Source of the DNA: Candidatus Saccharimonadota bacterium
GTDB taxonomy: Bacteria > Bacillota_I > Bacilli_A > Mycoplasmatales > Hepatoplasmataceae
Assembly: GCA_027925325.1 (NCBI GenBank)
Contig: AP027133.1
Location: 450,001 to 482,000, forward strand
DNA: 32,000 nucleotides
Direction of reading: 5' to 3'
Part shown: piece after piece, positions 11,737 through 21,288 of the stretch
Layout of the letters: every line of letters starts with the position of its first letter
Position numbering within the stretch: the stretch's first letter is position 1
The notes under the pieces: generated by a model
The model's database searches: none
Seen by the model: the letters and a program-made list of their open reading frames with translations, nothing else
Told to the model about the DNA's origin: nothing
Position numbers and translations under genes: made by a program

Positions 11737-11863
11737 AAATGAAATTTCTAATTTCTCCTTTATCGCTAACTTTTAAAGTAAAAGTTACAACTATATTTTA
11801 AAATAAAAAGATAATAATAATATAATTTATTACTAAAAGAAATCTTTTATCTAAAAATTCATA

Positions 11864-12286
11864 ATGGCATTTAAAAAAATTTATAATAACAAAACCAAAT
11901 ATTATTTTTTTGTGAAAAATAAAGATACAGAAATTTATCTAACAAGAATAATTAATTTTAAGGATTATAAAAATAATTTGATAAAAATAAAAGAATTTCC
12001 TCCTAATTTTGGGTATTTTATTTTTAAACCAAAAGGATTTAATTCTTTTTTAATAAATGAAAAATTGGATATTATTTTCACAGATTGGGATAATAGAATT
12101 TTTTACCTACAAAAAAGTTTTAAAACAAATAATTTTACTAAAGGATTTAAAGATGCAAAATTTCTTTATATTTTGCCACAAAAAACGATTGAAAATTTCA
12201 GCATATCAATCGATGATATTATTACCCATAGAAGAATGAGTAATAAAAAATGAAGAAAAATAGAATTTCGAAAGATAAATTATTAA
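11864..12286 (+). CDS. hypothetical protein, possibly DUF192 family (140 aa); the only plus-strand gene
   Basis: Track ORF 11864..12253 reads through the TGA at 12251 to a TAA at 12284..12286. The segment GYFIFKPKG...EKLDIIFTDWDNRIFYL...AKFLYILP resembles the DUF192 core (Gmlf.f...pLDiiF.d.dg.i..i....a.yvlE). This is recognised by eye only. Confidence 0.4.
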
Positions 12287-12927
12287 GTTCTTTTATTAAT
12301 ATATTTGATAATATTTTTTGTAACTTTATTTATTGAAAGATAATCAGTATCTAATTCCAAATATCTTTTCGAATATTTACGAAAAATATCTTTATTTGCT
12401 TTTTTAGAATAATAACGATAATATAAATCTTGTCAATATTCACGATCAAATTTTTGCTCTTCCAAACGATTTCGTTTTTTCATTCGTTCAATAATCACAT
12501 CAAAAGAAGCACGAAGAACGATAAAAAAATCTGGTTTTTCAAATAAATCTATCTTTTCAAGCATCGAATTATAAACCTTCTCATAGGCAAGACCCAATTC
12601 TTTTGATCTTGTTTTTTTAATTAATCTTAATTCTGCAAAAATTTTATCCTCAAGAAAGTGACGATCATAAATAATCACAACATTTTTATGATTTTTGTAT
12701 TTTTGTTCAATTTCAATGAATTGATGAAATCTTTCAAACAAAAAATCAAGTTGAGCAAGGAAACTTCAATTTAAAAAATTATTAAAATAAAGATCAAAAT
12801 AAGGTGAATAAACTAAAATTTCTCCCATTATAATCACCTTTTTCCCCTCTTTTTGATAATAATTTTTTAAATTATTAACCGTTGTGCTCTTCCCAACGCC
12901 AGTTGTTCCGCTGATAACTATTTTCAT
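12283..12927 (-). CDS. deoxynucleoside kinase family protein, paralog 1 (214 aa)
   Basis: ATG at 12925..12927. MKIVISGTTGVGKST (P-loop), NWSFLAQLDFLFER, YDRHFLEDKIFA, and lid RMKKRNRLEE. Joined across two TGA codons. The stop TAA at 12283..12285 overlaps the stop of the convergent plus-strand gene. Confidence 0.8.
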
Positions 12928-13561
12928 AAATATTTCCTTTTTCTATTATTTTTAAAATATCATCCAATACTTTCTCTTTACTTTGATCAGCATTTATTAG
13001 GTAAAAATGATCGCTGTTTTCTTTAAAGTATTGTTGAATTTGCAAATCTTGATAATATTTTTTATAAAGTTCCTTTCAATAAAAATTAAGTTTCGGATCT
13101 AATTCTATCTCTCTTCCTCGTTCTCTAATACGATTTAAAGTTATCTCAAATTTGCTTACCAAAAGAAAAAAATAAATCTTATTTTTTTGGTAATTTAGTT
13201 TCTCAAGTAGAATTTGATTAATTTTTTTATAAATCATAAAATTAAAGCTTGCCATCGAATCCTTAATTAAATTAAGAGAAGAAAAAACATAATCATCAAG
13301 AAAATGACGATCATAAATATTAATATCATTATGATCTTTATTTAAAAAAGAATCTTTAAATCTTAATCTTAAAAAATCAAGTTGAGTAAGAAATGATCAT
13401 TCTTCTTTATTTTGGTAATAAAAATCTAAATAAGGATTCTCTGTGAAAATTTCTTTAATTAAATTGATTTTTGATTGCTTTGTTTTTTTTAATTTTAAAT
13501 AAAGCATTTCAGAAATTGTTGATTTGCCAACACCAACCGTTCCACTTATTATAATATCCAT
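12875..13561 (-). CDS. deoxynucleoside kinase family protein, paralog 2 (228 aa)
   Basis: Not in the ORF track because it is broken by TGA. ATG at 13559..13561. MDIIISGTVGVGKST, ENPYLDFYYQNKEEWSFLTQLDFL, YDRHFLDDYVF, and lid RIRERGREIE. Its frame runs 53 nt into paralog 1 before a TAA at 12875..12877. Confidence 0.75.
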
Positions 13562-13579
13562 TTTAAGCTATATCTTTTA

Positions 13580-14233
13580 TTATTGAATTTTAATGTGTGA
13601 TAATATCTCGTCTTTTACTTGCTCTGGACTTTTATTTAATGTATCAATGATGATAAAATTTTCAACATTTCGTTTAAAATGATTTTGAATCATCGGTCGT
13701 TGATAATAATTATGATAAAGATCTTTTCAATAATTAAGATCAACACTCTTCTCTACACTTCGATTCCGATTTTTAAATCTCTTAATTATTTCATCAAAAT
13801 TAGCTGTAAGAAGAAAAAAATAATTTGGTCTTGCCTCTAAAAAATTCATTTTATCAATTAATTCTTTATAAATTGCTTGATAAGTAATTGAATTCATATT
13901 AGAGATATTTTCTTTGATTGTATGTAATTCAGCAAATACATAATCATCAAGAAAATGACGATCGTAGATTGTAATATAATTTTTATTACGATCTAAAAAT
14001 TGTTCTCTTCTTTTTTCATCTAATAATCACTGTTTAAATCTTCCTAATAAAAAATCCAATTGCGAAATAAAAGCTCACTCCTGTGGATTTTTATAATAAT
14101 AATCAAGATATATTGATTTTACAGTTTCCTCTTTTAATAAATTTAAATAATTAGTTTTTTGTAATTCTTTAAATAACAATTCTGAAACAGTTGATTTACC
14201 AACACCGACCGTTCCTGAAATTACAATTCTCAT
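13580..14233 (-). CDS. deoxynucleoside kinase family protein, paralog 3 (217 aa)
   Basis: Not in the ORF track because it is broken by TGA. ATG at 14231..14233. MRIVISGTVGVGKST, YYKNPQEWAFISQLDFL, YDRHFLDDYVFA, and lid RFKNRNRSVE. TAA at 13580..13582. Confidence 0.8.
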
Positions 14234-14265
14234 AATATTATATTTACCTCTCTTTTATTAAAAAT

Positions 14266-14835
14266 TTAAGAAACCTTTGAAACATATTTTTTTGTTTCCG
14301 TATTTATTAAAACCTTATCATTTATACTGATAAATTGCGGAACATCAATTAAAAGTCCGGTTTCTAATTTTGCTTTTTTTGTCGCATTTGTGACAGTATC
14401 ACCTTTTATTGCATCTACCGTTTCGATTACTTCTAACATCATATTTTTTGGAATTTCAAATTCAATTAATTTGTTTTCATAAAATATTAAATTAAAAATA
14501 ACACCCGATCCTAAAAAATCACGATTAACATCAACTTTAGAATCAATTATCTCGATTTGATCAAAATTTTTTGTATCCATAAAAAAAGCTTTATTACCTT
14601 CAAAATAAAGAAATTGTGCTTCTTTTTTTGTAACATAGGCTTTTTCTACTTTTTCTCCACCGATAAAAGTTAAATTTTGTAAAGAATTTGTAAAAAGATT
14701 CTTCGCTTTTACTTTTACATGTGCTTGTCCTCGACCAGATTTTGCATGACTTGCTTCGATTACTTGATAAACTTGATTATTTCTCAAGAAAGTAATTCCT
14801 TGTTTGAATTCATTTACATTAATTTGATCGGCCAT
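14266..14835 (-). CDS. efp: elongation factor P
   Basis: 189-aa intact ORF. N-terminal ...FKQGITFLRNNQVYQVIEASHAKSGRGQAHVKVKAKNL matches the EF-P KOW domain with the conserved KPG(K/R)G-type loop region. It sits next to a pepP-like gene, as in Bacillus (yqhT-efp). Confidence 0.92.
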   Translation of the reverse strand: MADQINVNEFKQGITFLRNNQVYQVIEASHAKSGRGQAHVKVKAKNLFTNSLQNLTFIGGEKVEKAYVTKKEAQFLYFEGNKAFFMDTKNFDQIEIIDSKVDVNRDFLGSGVIFNLIFYENKLIEFEIPKNMMLEVIETVDAIKGDTVTNATKKAKLETGLLIDVPQFISINDKVLINTETKKYVSKVS

Positions 14836-14907
14836 ATTTTCTCCTATTATTTAAATTTAAGAACAAAATTATTATTACATTTTAAATTAAATTTAAAAAA
14901 TATAAAA

Positions 14908-15960
14908 TTATATTTTTAAATCAATTGGCGAATGATTTAAAATTTGATGGCCATTTTTGGTGATTAATATATCTTGTTCCAAACGAACGCCAAATTCATT
15001 AGGAAGATATATTCCCGGTTCAATTGCAATTATCATTCCCTCTTTTAAAATTAAATTACTATATCCACTAATAACCGGTGCCTCATGAATATTTAAACCT
15101 ATTCCATGACCAAGCGCATGAATAAAATATTTATCATAACCCTCATCTTGAAAAATTTTGCGAACTAAATGATCTAATTCTTTAATCTCAATTCCTGGCT
15201 TCATTATCTCAATCACTTTATCTAAAGCATATTTTACAAGTTCAAAAATCCTTTTTTGCATTTTTGCTATATTATTACCAACTAAAATCGTTCGTGTCAT
15301 ATCAGATTTATAACCATTATAACTAACACCAAAATCAATCGTAATAAGATCACCTTTTTTGATCGTATAATTTGTCGGTTCAATATGAGGATTAGAACTA
15401 TTCTTACCAGCAGCAATAATCGGATCAAAGGCAAATTCACAATCTCTATATTCAATCAATAATTTATGCAATCTTTGCTTTAAATCTTTTTCTGTTTTTC
15501 CTACTTTAACATATTTTAAAAATTTCTTATAAATCTGATCTGTAACAAAAACAGCTTTTTTAACTAACTCTATCTCTTCTTTATTTTTAATCATTCGCAT
15601 ATAAATTAATGATTCTGATTTTAATTTAAGTAAAGGATAATTTTTTCTTAAATAATCAAATTCTTTCAAAGTTAAAAATTCATCATCAACAGATAATTTT
15701 ATTCCTGTTTTTAAAATCTCAGGAATAATAATATTTTTAAAAGGTAAGAGATTAGCATTAAAAATATTAATTCCTTTTAACTTATTTTTTGCTTGTTCAT
15801 AATATCTATCATCGGTGACTGCATATCAATTTTTATTAATATAAAATAAATTTAAATTTGTTGATTTAAATGATGTAAGATAATAAACATCATCAGGATT
15901 TTTAAATCAAACATTTTTATTATTTATTAATTTTTTTAATTCCGGTTCATTTATTTTCAT
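14908..15960 (-). CDS. pepP: Xaa-Pro aminopeptidase/dipeptidase, peptidase M24B (350 aa)
   Basis: Track ORF 14908..15669 extends across TGA codons to an ATG at 15958..15960 (MKINEPELKKLINNKNVWFKNPDDVYYLTSF). Metal-ligand motifs are present: DFGVSYNGYKSDMTRT, HALGHGIGLNIHEAP, EPGIY and RLEQD. Confidence 0.85.
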
Positions 15961-17128
15961 AATTAAATTCCATATTTTGATAATATTTATTAATTTTTTT
16001 GCTTGATTTTAATTTTAAAACATAGCGAATATAAGCATCTCTTGTATTCTTATCTAAATCGGTAAATTTAATTCCCCGTTCTTTTAATTTTTCGACCTGT
16101 TTATTTAATAATTTTGCAAAAGTAAAATCTAAATTCTTATAAGCTTGTTTTCTTTGATGATAAATTTCTTTTCCTTTACGATCAGAAGAAATCTTATCAG
16201 CAACATAGATAATTTTATCAAGTTTAGACATTTTTCGTGCTGCTGTCGTATGTTTTCTAATCGCTCCTAAAAATTCCTGATCTTTAATTTTATACATCTG
16301 TTCTAATCAGAAAGCAGCAGCATAACCATGAAGGGCAGGAAAAGGTGGTAATTCTTCATTTTCTTTTAAATTTTTACTAACATATTCAAGTAGAAAATTT
16401 TTAGAATGATATTTAAAAAGATCATGAATAAGTCCTGCATAATATGCTTTTTTTCAATTAAAATAATGATAATTTTTCGCTAATCTTTTAGCATGAGAAG
16501 CAACGGAAACAGAATGTTGATACCTACGAAATTTAAGATTATTAAAAACAATTGTTTTTAAATAAAGATAATTCTTAGCAAGATATTTTTTTGTCGGTTC
16601 TAAAAGTTCTTCTCACCTTAAATTTTGCAATATATCGGTAGAAGATATATCATAAATAATTTCATCATAAAATTCTATATATTTTTCATCGATAAATTTA
16701 TTATGATACGAACCGGTAATAAATCGACGATAGACAATAATATTTGCTAATTTTTGTATCTCTTCATATTTATATCAATTATGAAATGTATGATAACGAT
16801 CTTCACCCATAATAAAATAAAATTGATTATCGGGATATTTTTCTTTTAACTTTACTAGTGTCTCGTAAGTATATGAAATATTATGATTTTTGATCTCGAT
16901 ATTTGATAATTTAATTCAATTTATCTTTAATTTTTTTAAAGTATATTTGATAATTTTATATCTTTTTTTAGCAGAAATATTTTCAATTGAAAAAATCTTA
17001 TCTACTGTAATATAGGTCGGAATTATTCAAATTTGTTTTAAACCAAATTCTTTCTTAATATTTTTAATAATATTAAGATGACCTTTATGGAAAGGATTAA
17101 AAGTTCCCCCCAATATTCCTACTTTCAT
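15947..17128 (-). CDS. nadD: fusion protein: nicotinate-nucleotide adenylyltransferase (NadD) plus YqeK-type HD phosphohydrolase (393 aa)
   Basis: A single frame runs from the ATG at 17126..17128 to the stop at 15947 with only TGA codons in between (I translated it completely). The N-terminal half has MKVGILGGTFNPFHKGHL (the (H/T)xGH nucleotidyltransferase motif) ...ISSTDI. The C-terminal half has RYQHSVSVASHAKRLA...GLIHDLFKY...HGYAAAFW...AIRKHTTA, the YqeK HD domain. Confidence 0.8.
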
Positions 17129-17130
17129 TG

Positions 17131-17844
17131 TTATCCTAAATTTGTATATACATTTTGTATATCCTCATTATCTTCTAATCCATCTATTAATCTTTTAACT
17201 TTAGGTAAATTTTCTTCTGATAAATTAATATATGTATCAGGAATTTTTACAATTTCAAAAGACAAAAATTGATCTACGCCTTTTTGTTGCAAATACTCTT
17301 TTAATTTTATTAAATTATTTGGAGTTACTTCAATTAAGATTAAATCATTTTCTGTATAAAAATCAATAATATCAAAATCTAATAACTTTGTAAAAATATC
17401 TTCTGAATTATATTTTGTCTCATCTAAAATAATCTGTCCTTTTACTTTAAATAAATAAGATACAGAGCCACTTGTTCCTAAATTCCCCCCCAATTTATTA
17501 AAAATTGATTTTACAAAAGCCGCTGTCCGATTAGTATTATCGGTAAGACATTCAATAAGAAAAGCAACACCAAATGGTCCGTATCCTTCATATGTAACCT
17601 CAGTAAAATTTGTTGGATCTTTTTCACTTCGTGATAATAATTTTTTAATATTATCATTTGGCATATTACGGGCTTTTGCTTTTTCAATCGCTAAACGTAA
17701 GCGCGGGTTTTTTTCAGGATCACTTCCTCCTGATTTACTCGCTACTAAAATTTCCTTTGCAAATTTTTGAAAAAGATTCGATCTTTTTGAATCTTGCATC
17801 GCTTTTTTATGCTTAATATTAGCTCATTTTGAATGTCCAGACAT
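17131..17844 (-). CDS. yebC: YebC/PmpR (TACO1) family DNA-binding regulator (237 aa)
   Basis: ATG at 17842..17844. MSGHSKWANIKHKKA (the Trp is encoded by TGA), then ...PEKNPRLRLAIEKAKARNMPNDNI...YEGYGPFGVA. Confidence 0.9.
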
Positions 17845-17877
17845 AATATTTCAATTTTTACCTTTTTATTTTATTGA

Positions 17878-18546
17878 TTAATATTCGTTTCTTCCTTCTA
17901 ATCCCTTTACAATATCAATTCCATTTGAAGTTCCAATTCGATCGGCGCCACTTTTAATTAATTCTTGCGCTTGCTTTAAAGTTCTTACGCCACCTGAAGC
18001 TTTAATTTTTGCTCTACCATTAATTACTTCTTTCATAAGTTTTACATCCTCAACTGTCGCCCCGGTTGTATTAACAGCTGTTGATGTTTTGATAAAATCA
18101 AATCCTGCTTCTACTCCAAGTTTTGTTGCAAAAATCTTTTCTTCTTGATTTAAAAGACCGGTTTCGATGATTAATTTAATTGTTTTACCTTTTGTAACTT
18201 TTCTAAGAAAAGCAAGTTCTTTTTTTAAATATTCTTGATCTTTTTCATGAACTTTACTTGCATTAATAATAAAATCTAATTCATCAGCGCCATCTTTCAT
18301 CGCTCTTTTAGCTTCACATCCTTTTACTTTCATTGATTGTTGGCCATAAGGAAAACCGATTACAGTCACAACTAATATATTATTTTGATGTAATTTTTCT
18401 TTAACATGAGAAATTCAAAAAGGAGCTATACAAAGTCCCTTAAATTTATATTTTATTGCATCACTTACAGCCTGATCAATTTCTTTTGTTAATACATCTC
18501 TTTTTAAAATTGTATGATCAATATATTCATTTATATTCTTTTCCAT
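17878..18546 (-). CDS. deoC: deoxyribose-phosphate aldolase (222 aa)
   Basis: Track ORF extends across a TGA (IAPFWISHV) to an ATG at 18544..18546 (MEKNINEYIDHTILK). It contains VIGFPYG, the Schiff-base Lys context FIKTSTA, and KASGGVRT. Confidence 0.9.
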
Positions 18547-18576
18547 TCTTAACACCTAGACTTAAATTTATAAGTA

Positions 18577-18600
18577 ATAATCTTATATTAATAAGATTAT
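18577..18600. promoter_or_regulatory. perfect 10-bp inverted repeat (ATAATCTTAT-atta-ATAAGATTAT) overlapping a minus-strand TATAAT box 50 nt upstream of deoC; candidate operator/promoter
   Basis: Read directly: 18577..18586 is the exact reverse complement of 18591..18600. On the minus strand, TATAAT corresponds to 18596..18601. AGGTG (a likely SD) lies just before the deoC ATG. Confidence 0.3.
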
Positions 18601-18627
18601 ACATAAAATAATTCAAACTTTGGAGAG

Positions 18628-18662
18628 TAATAAAAAAGGTGCAAGCATCTCTGCTTACACCT
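18628..18662 (-). terminator. rho-independent terminator (works for the minus strand; an A-tract on the other side makes it potentially bidirectional)
   Basis: Stem 18637..18647 (aggtgcaagca) pairs with 18652..18662 (tgcttacacct) at 10 of 11 positions, with loop tctc. On the minus strand the hairpin is followed by TTTTTTATT. It is the most GC-rich hairpin in the window. Confidence 0.7.
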
Positions 18663-18841
18663 ATTTCTAAATTTTTTAGTACTTATCTCTGATTGAGTCA
18701 CCAATTATCTTCGTTCTACATTCTAAATCTAAATTCTGCGTTCTAATGGTTATCTTCTAATCTACTTCCCAACCATAATTATTTTATCATAAAAAGAGAA
18801 AAAATCCAAATTCTCTTATGAACTTAATAACAAAATTAATC
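18663..18841 (-). other. non-coding purine-rich tract with clustered (T)AGA(A/T) repeats between the zinc-ribbon gene and the terminator; a long 3' UTR, an independent small RNA, or a deoC leader
   Basis: No ORF in any frame under table 4. The minus strand reads GGGAAGTAGATTAGAAGATAACCATTAGAACGCAGAATTTAGATTTAGAATGTAGAACGAAGATAA. A possible sigma-70-like promoter is TTGGAT (18804..18809), 17-nt spacer, TAAAAT (18781..18786). Confidence 0.25.
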
Positions 18842-19138
18842 TTATTGTTCTATTATTTCTTGTGAATCTTTTTTAGTATTATTATGTCATCTTTCAAGTT
18901 CAGGTAATTTTTTATTATACATATTAACCATGAAGTTTGGAAAATGTCTTTTTTTCATTTCTTCTTTATTTTTATTTTTAATATCCTCTACTGTGCATTT
19001 TGGACATGTAAATTCTCCATTTTTATAGCAGTTTGAGCAATATTTTTCTGATGGTGAACCATCTTTTTCTTTTGCTGGTCCATTTTTATCTTTTTTTAGA
19101 GGCATACCGCAAGATTGACAAATTTTTTTATTATTCAT
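18842..19138 (-). CDS. putative zinc-ribbon domain protein (98 aa)
   Basis: CQSCGMP...EKYCSNCYKNGEF...CPKC...LPELERW matches the 'putative zinc ribbon domain' family pattern (CxxCGMPL...YCxxCyxxGxF...RW). The terminal Trp is a TGA at 18887 and the ORF continues to a TAA at 18842. Confidence 0.6.
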
Positions 19139-19197
19139 TTTATTCCTTTATATTTAAAAAATAAACTTTTTTAACAATTTAATTATATTAAATTAAG

Positions 19198-20091
19198 TTA
19201 AAAATTTCGATAATTTTTTCCTTTTAAATCAATTTCACCATATAATAGTCCTTTAATTCTTTCAATTATCCGCATAATATTTTTATTCTCAAAAAGATCT
19301 TGTTGTTTTTTTGCATTTGCTTCATTTTGCAAAATTTTTTCATACTGCATCAAAGAATAATTAGAAATAAAAAACGTTAATTTGCTTGCTTCTAATCGAT
19401 AATTTATAATTGGCAATAAAAAATTATTTCTAATTCAACTATTTGATTTTTCGGCACCGATATCATCAATTATTAAAACATCAGCCATTTTTAAATAATT
19501 AAATCTCTGTGCTGTTGAAATCTCACTTGTATTTAAAGAAATATTGTTTTGATAATCAAGAACAAAATCTGGTCAAAAAATATAAACAACTTTAAAATTT
19601 AAATTTCTAGCAATAAAATTTAAAAACGAAATCATGATGTAACTTTTGCCAACACCAAAATCACCATAAATTCAAAATCCTTTTACTTTCTCATGATTTT
19701 TCAATTTATTTAAAATCGTAAAAAGATTTTTTTGTAAAATTAATCTTTCTTTTGTTCAATAAATATCTTTATCAATATCTATCAAATAATAATCTTTTGT
19801 TGAGAGAGGAAAATAATAATTTTTTGCTATTTTATTAATTAATAATTCTTTACTGTATTCTAAATCTTTTACAGAAAAATTAAAGATGAACTGTTTATTT
19901 TCAATCGCTAAATTTAAATTATATCTGCGCAAATTTTGATTTTTTTCTTCAAATTGATCAATATATTTTAATAAGAGATTTTGATTACTAATTATCTCTT
20001 TTTCTGAAATATCATTATTCTTAATTTCCAAGAATAAATTTTTATCAATTTTTTCTAATTTTTCTAGTAGGTATTCTGCATTATTTTTCAT
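19198..20091 (-). CDS. dnaI: primosomal helicase loader DnaI (AAA+), 297 aa
   Basis: Fragments 19198..19416 and 19756..20127 share one frame, and the gap translated has only TGA codons. Walker A is GDFGVGKSY and Walker B is LIIDDIGAE. It lies directly downstream of a DnaB_2-type gene, as in Bacillus dnaB-dnaI. The likely start is the ATG at 20089..20091 (MKNNAEYLL), overlapping the upstream stop by 11 nt. Confidence 0.8.
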
Positions 20092-21286
20092 TCTTATATA
20101 AAACGTCCTTAAAAAGGTTTTTATCATCTAAAGAAATATTATTAATTTCATCTTCCAAGTTAAGTTGATTTCATTTAATTTCTTTTGTTTTTGCTATATT
20201 ACTATTTTTTAATCGAAAACTTTGTTTTAAATAATTAATTAAATATGTTGGATCTTTAATATTTTCTTCTTTAATCGAATTTGCAATCTTTAAAATATAA
20301 TTTTTAACAATTTGTTTATTATTTACCAAATAAGAATAGTCTAATAATATATTTATAAAATAATCTGAAAAAAAATATTTTTCTCTTAAAATTGTAATTA
20401 GTTTTTGATGTGAATTAATTAAAGTATCAATATTTAAGAGATCTAATAAAAAGTTTTCCGGAGTTATTATTTGTAAATGATTCCATTTTAATCGCTCTTT
20501 TTCAATAAATGAATTATGATAATTATTTAAAATTCTTTTTTGATAATTTTTTACAATTATTTCTTTAAATTTTTCAAGATCAAATCCATTTAAAAAATCA
20601 TATGATTCAGATATGATTCTTGCAAATTCAAAATTATCAAGTCCATATATATTTTCATATTCATTTAATAATTTCTTCAATTTAAAATTAAAAAAAGCTT
20701 CATATTTGATTCCTTTTTGCTTTAAAAGCAAATACAAGACACTAAAATTATAGTGATCTTTTTCTTTTTGATTTGAATAAAGATTATCATTTAGATTAAT
20801 ATTTTCTTGTTCTTGTTTAAAATCATTTATTAATTCAAAACTGTCAACTTTGATGTTAATAATTTTTTTTTGCAAAAATTTTAAATTTAAATCATAATTT
20901 TCTTTTCCTATTTTTGCTAATAATAAATTTGTAAAATATGTATTTTTAAAAAATTCATTACATTCCAATGGTTTTTTTAATTCGTATATATAACGATTTT
21001 TTTTTTGATCAAAATATATATTAATCAAATTTAATTTTTCAATTAAAGAAAAAGCCTCAATTAATTGATTTTGATTTAAATCCAAACTTTGTGAAATTCT
21101 TGCAGATGGAATAAATAAATTATTAATTAATCTATTTTCACCTTCCGCTAGTAAAAATGAAAAAAGAAAAAACCCTTCTTTTCCAAGTAATAAAAAATAA
21201 GTGTAATTAAAAAAAATTTCATTTAGAATTGTTCTTGAATAATTAAGATGAATTTTATAAGTAGAATAATATTTAAATTTTTTCAT
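20081..21286 (-). CDS. dnaB: replication initiation and membrane attachment protein (Bacillus DnaB-type, DnaD-like domains), 401 aa
   Basis: The track ORF reads through the TGA at 20171 to a TAA at 20081. The C-terminal segment FINILLDYSYLVNNKQIVKNYILKIANSIKEENIKD resembles the DnaB_2/DDBH2 motif (INVLIHYVM...KNYVEKIASHWARxNIKT). Synteny is coaE-dnaB-dnaI. Confidence 0.65.
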
Positions 21287-21288
21287 AA

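Noticed and set aside
18663-18841. UAG/GAG triplet repeats reminiscent of TRAP or HutP binding sites, and the possibility of a purine or 2'-dG riboswitch in front of deoC.
   Set aside because: The spacing is irregular compared with TRAP (2-3 nt) or HutP (4 nt) sites, and neither protein is expected in Mollicutes. I could not find the purine-riboswitch three-way-junction core (conserved J1-2, J2-3 and loop-loop sequences). I report the tract only as an unexplained motif cluster.
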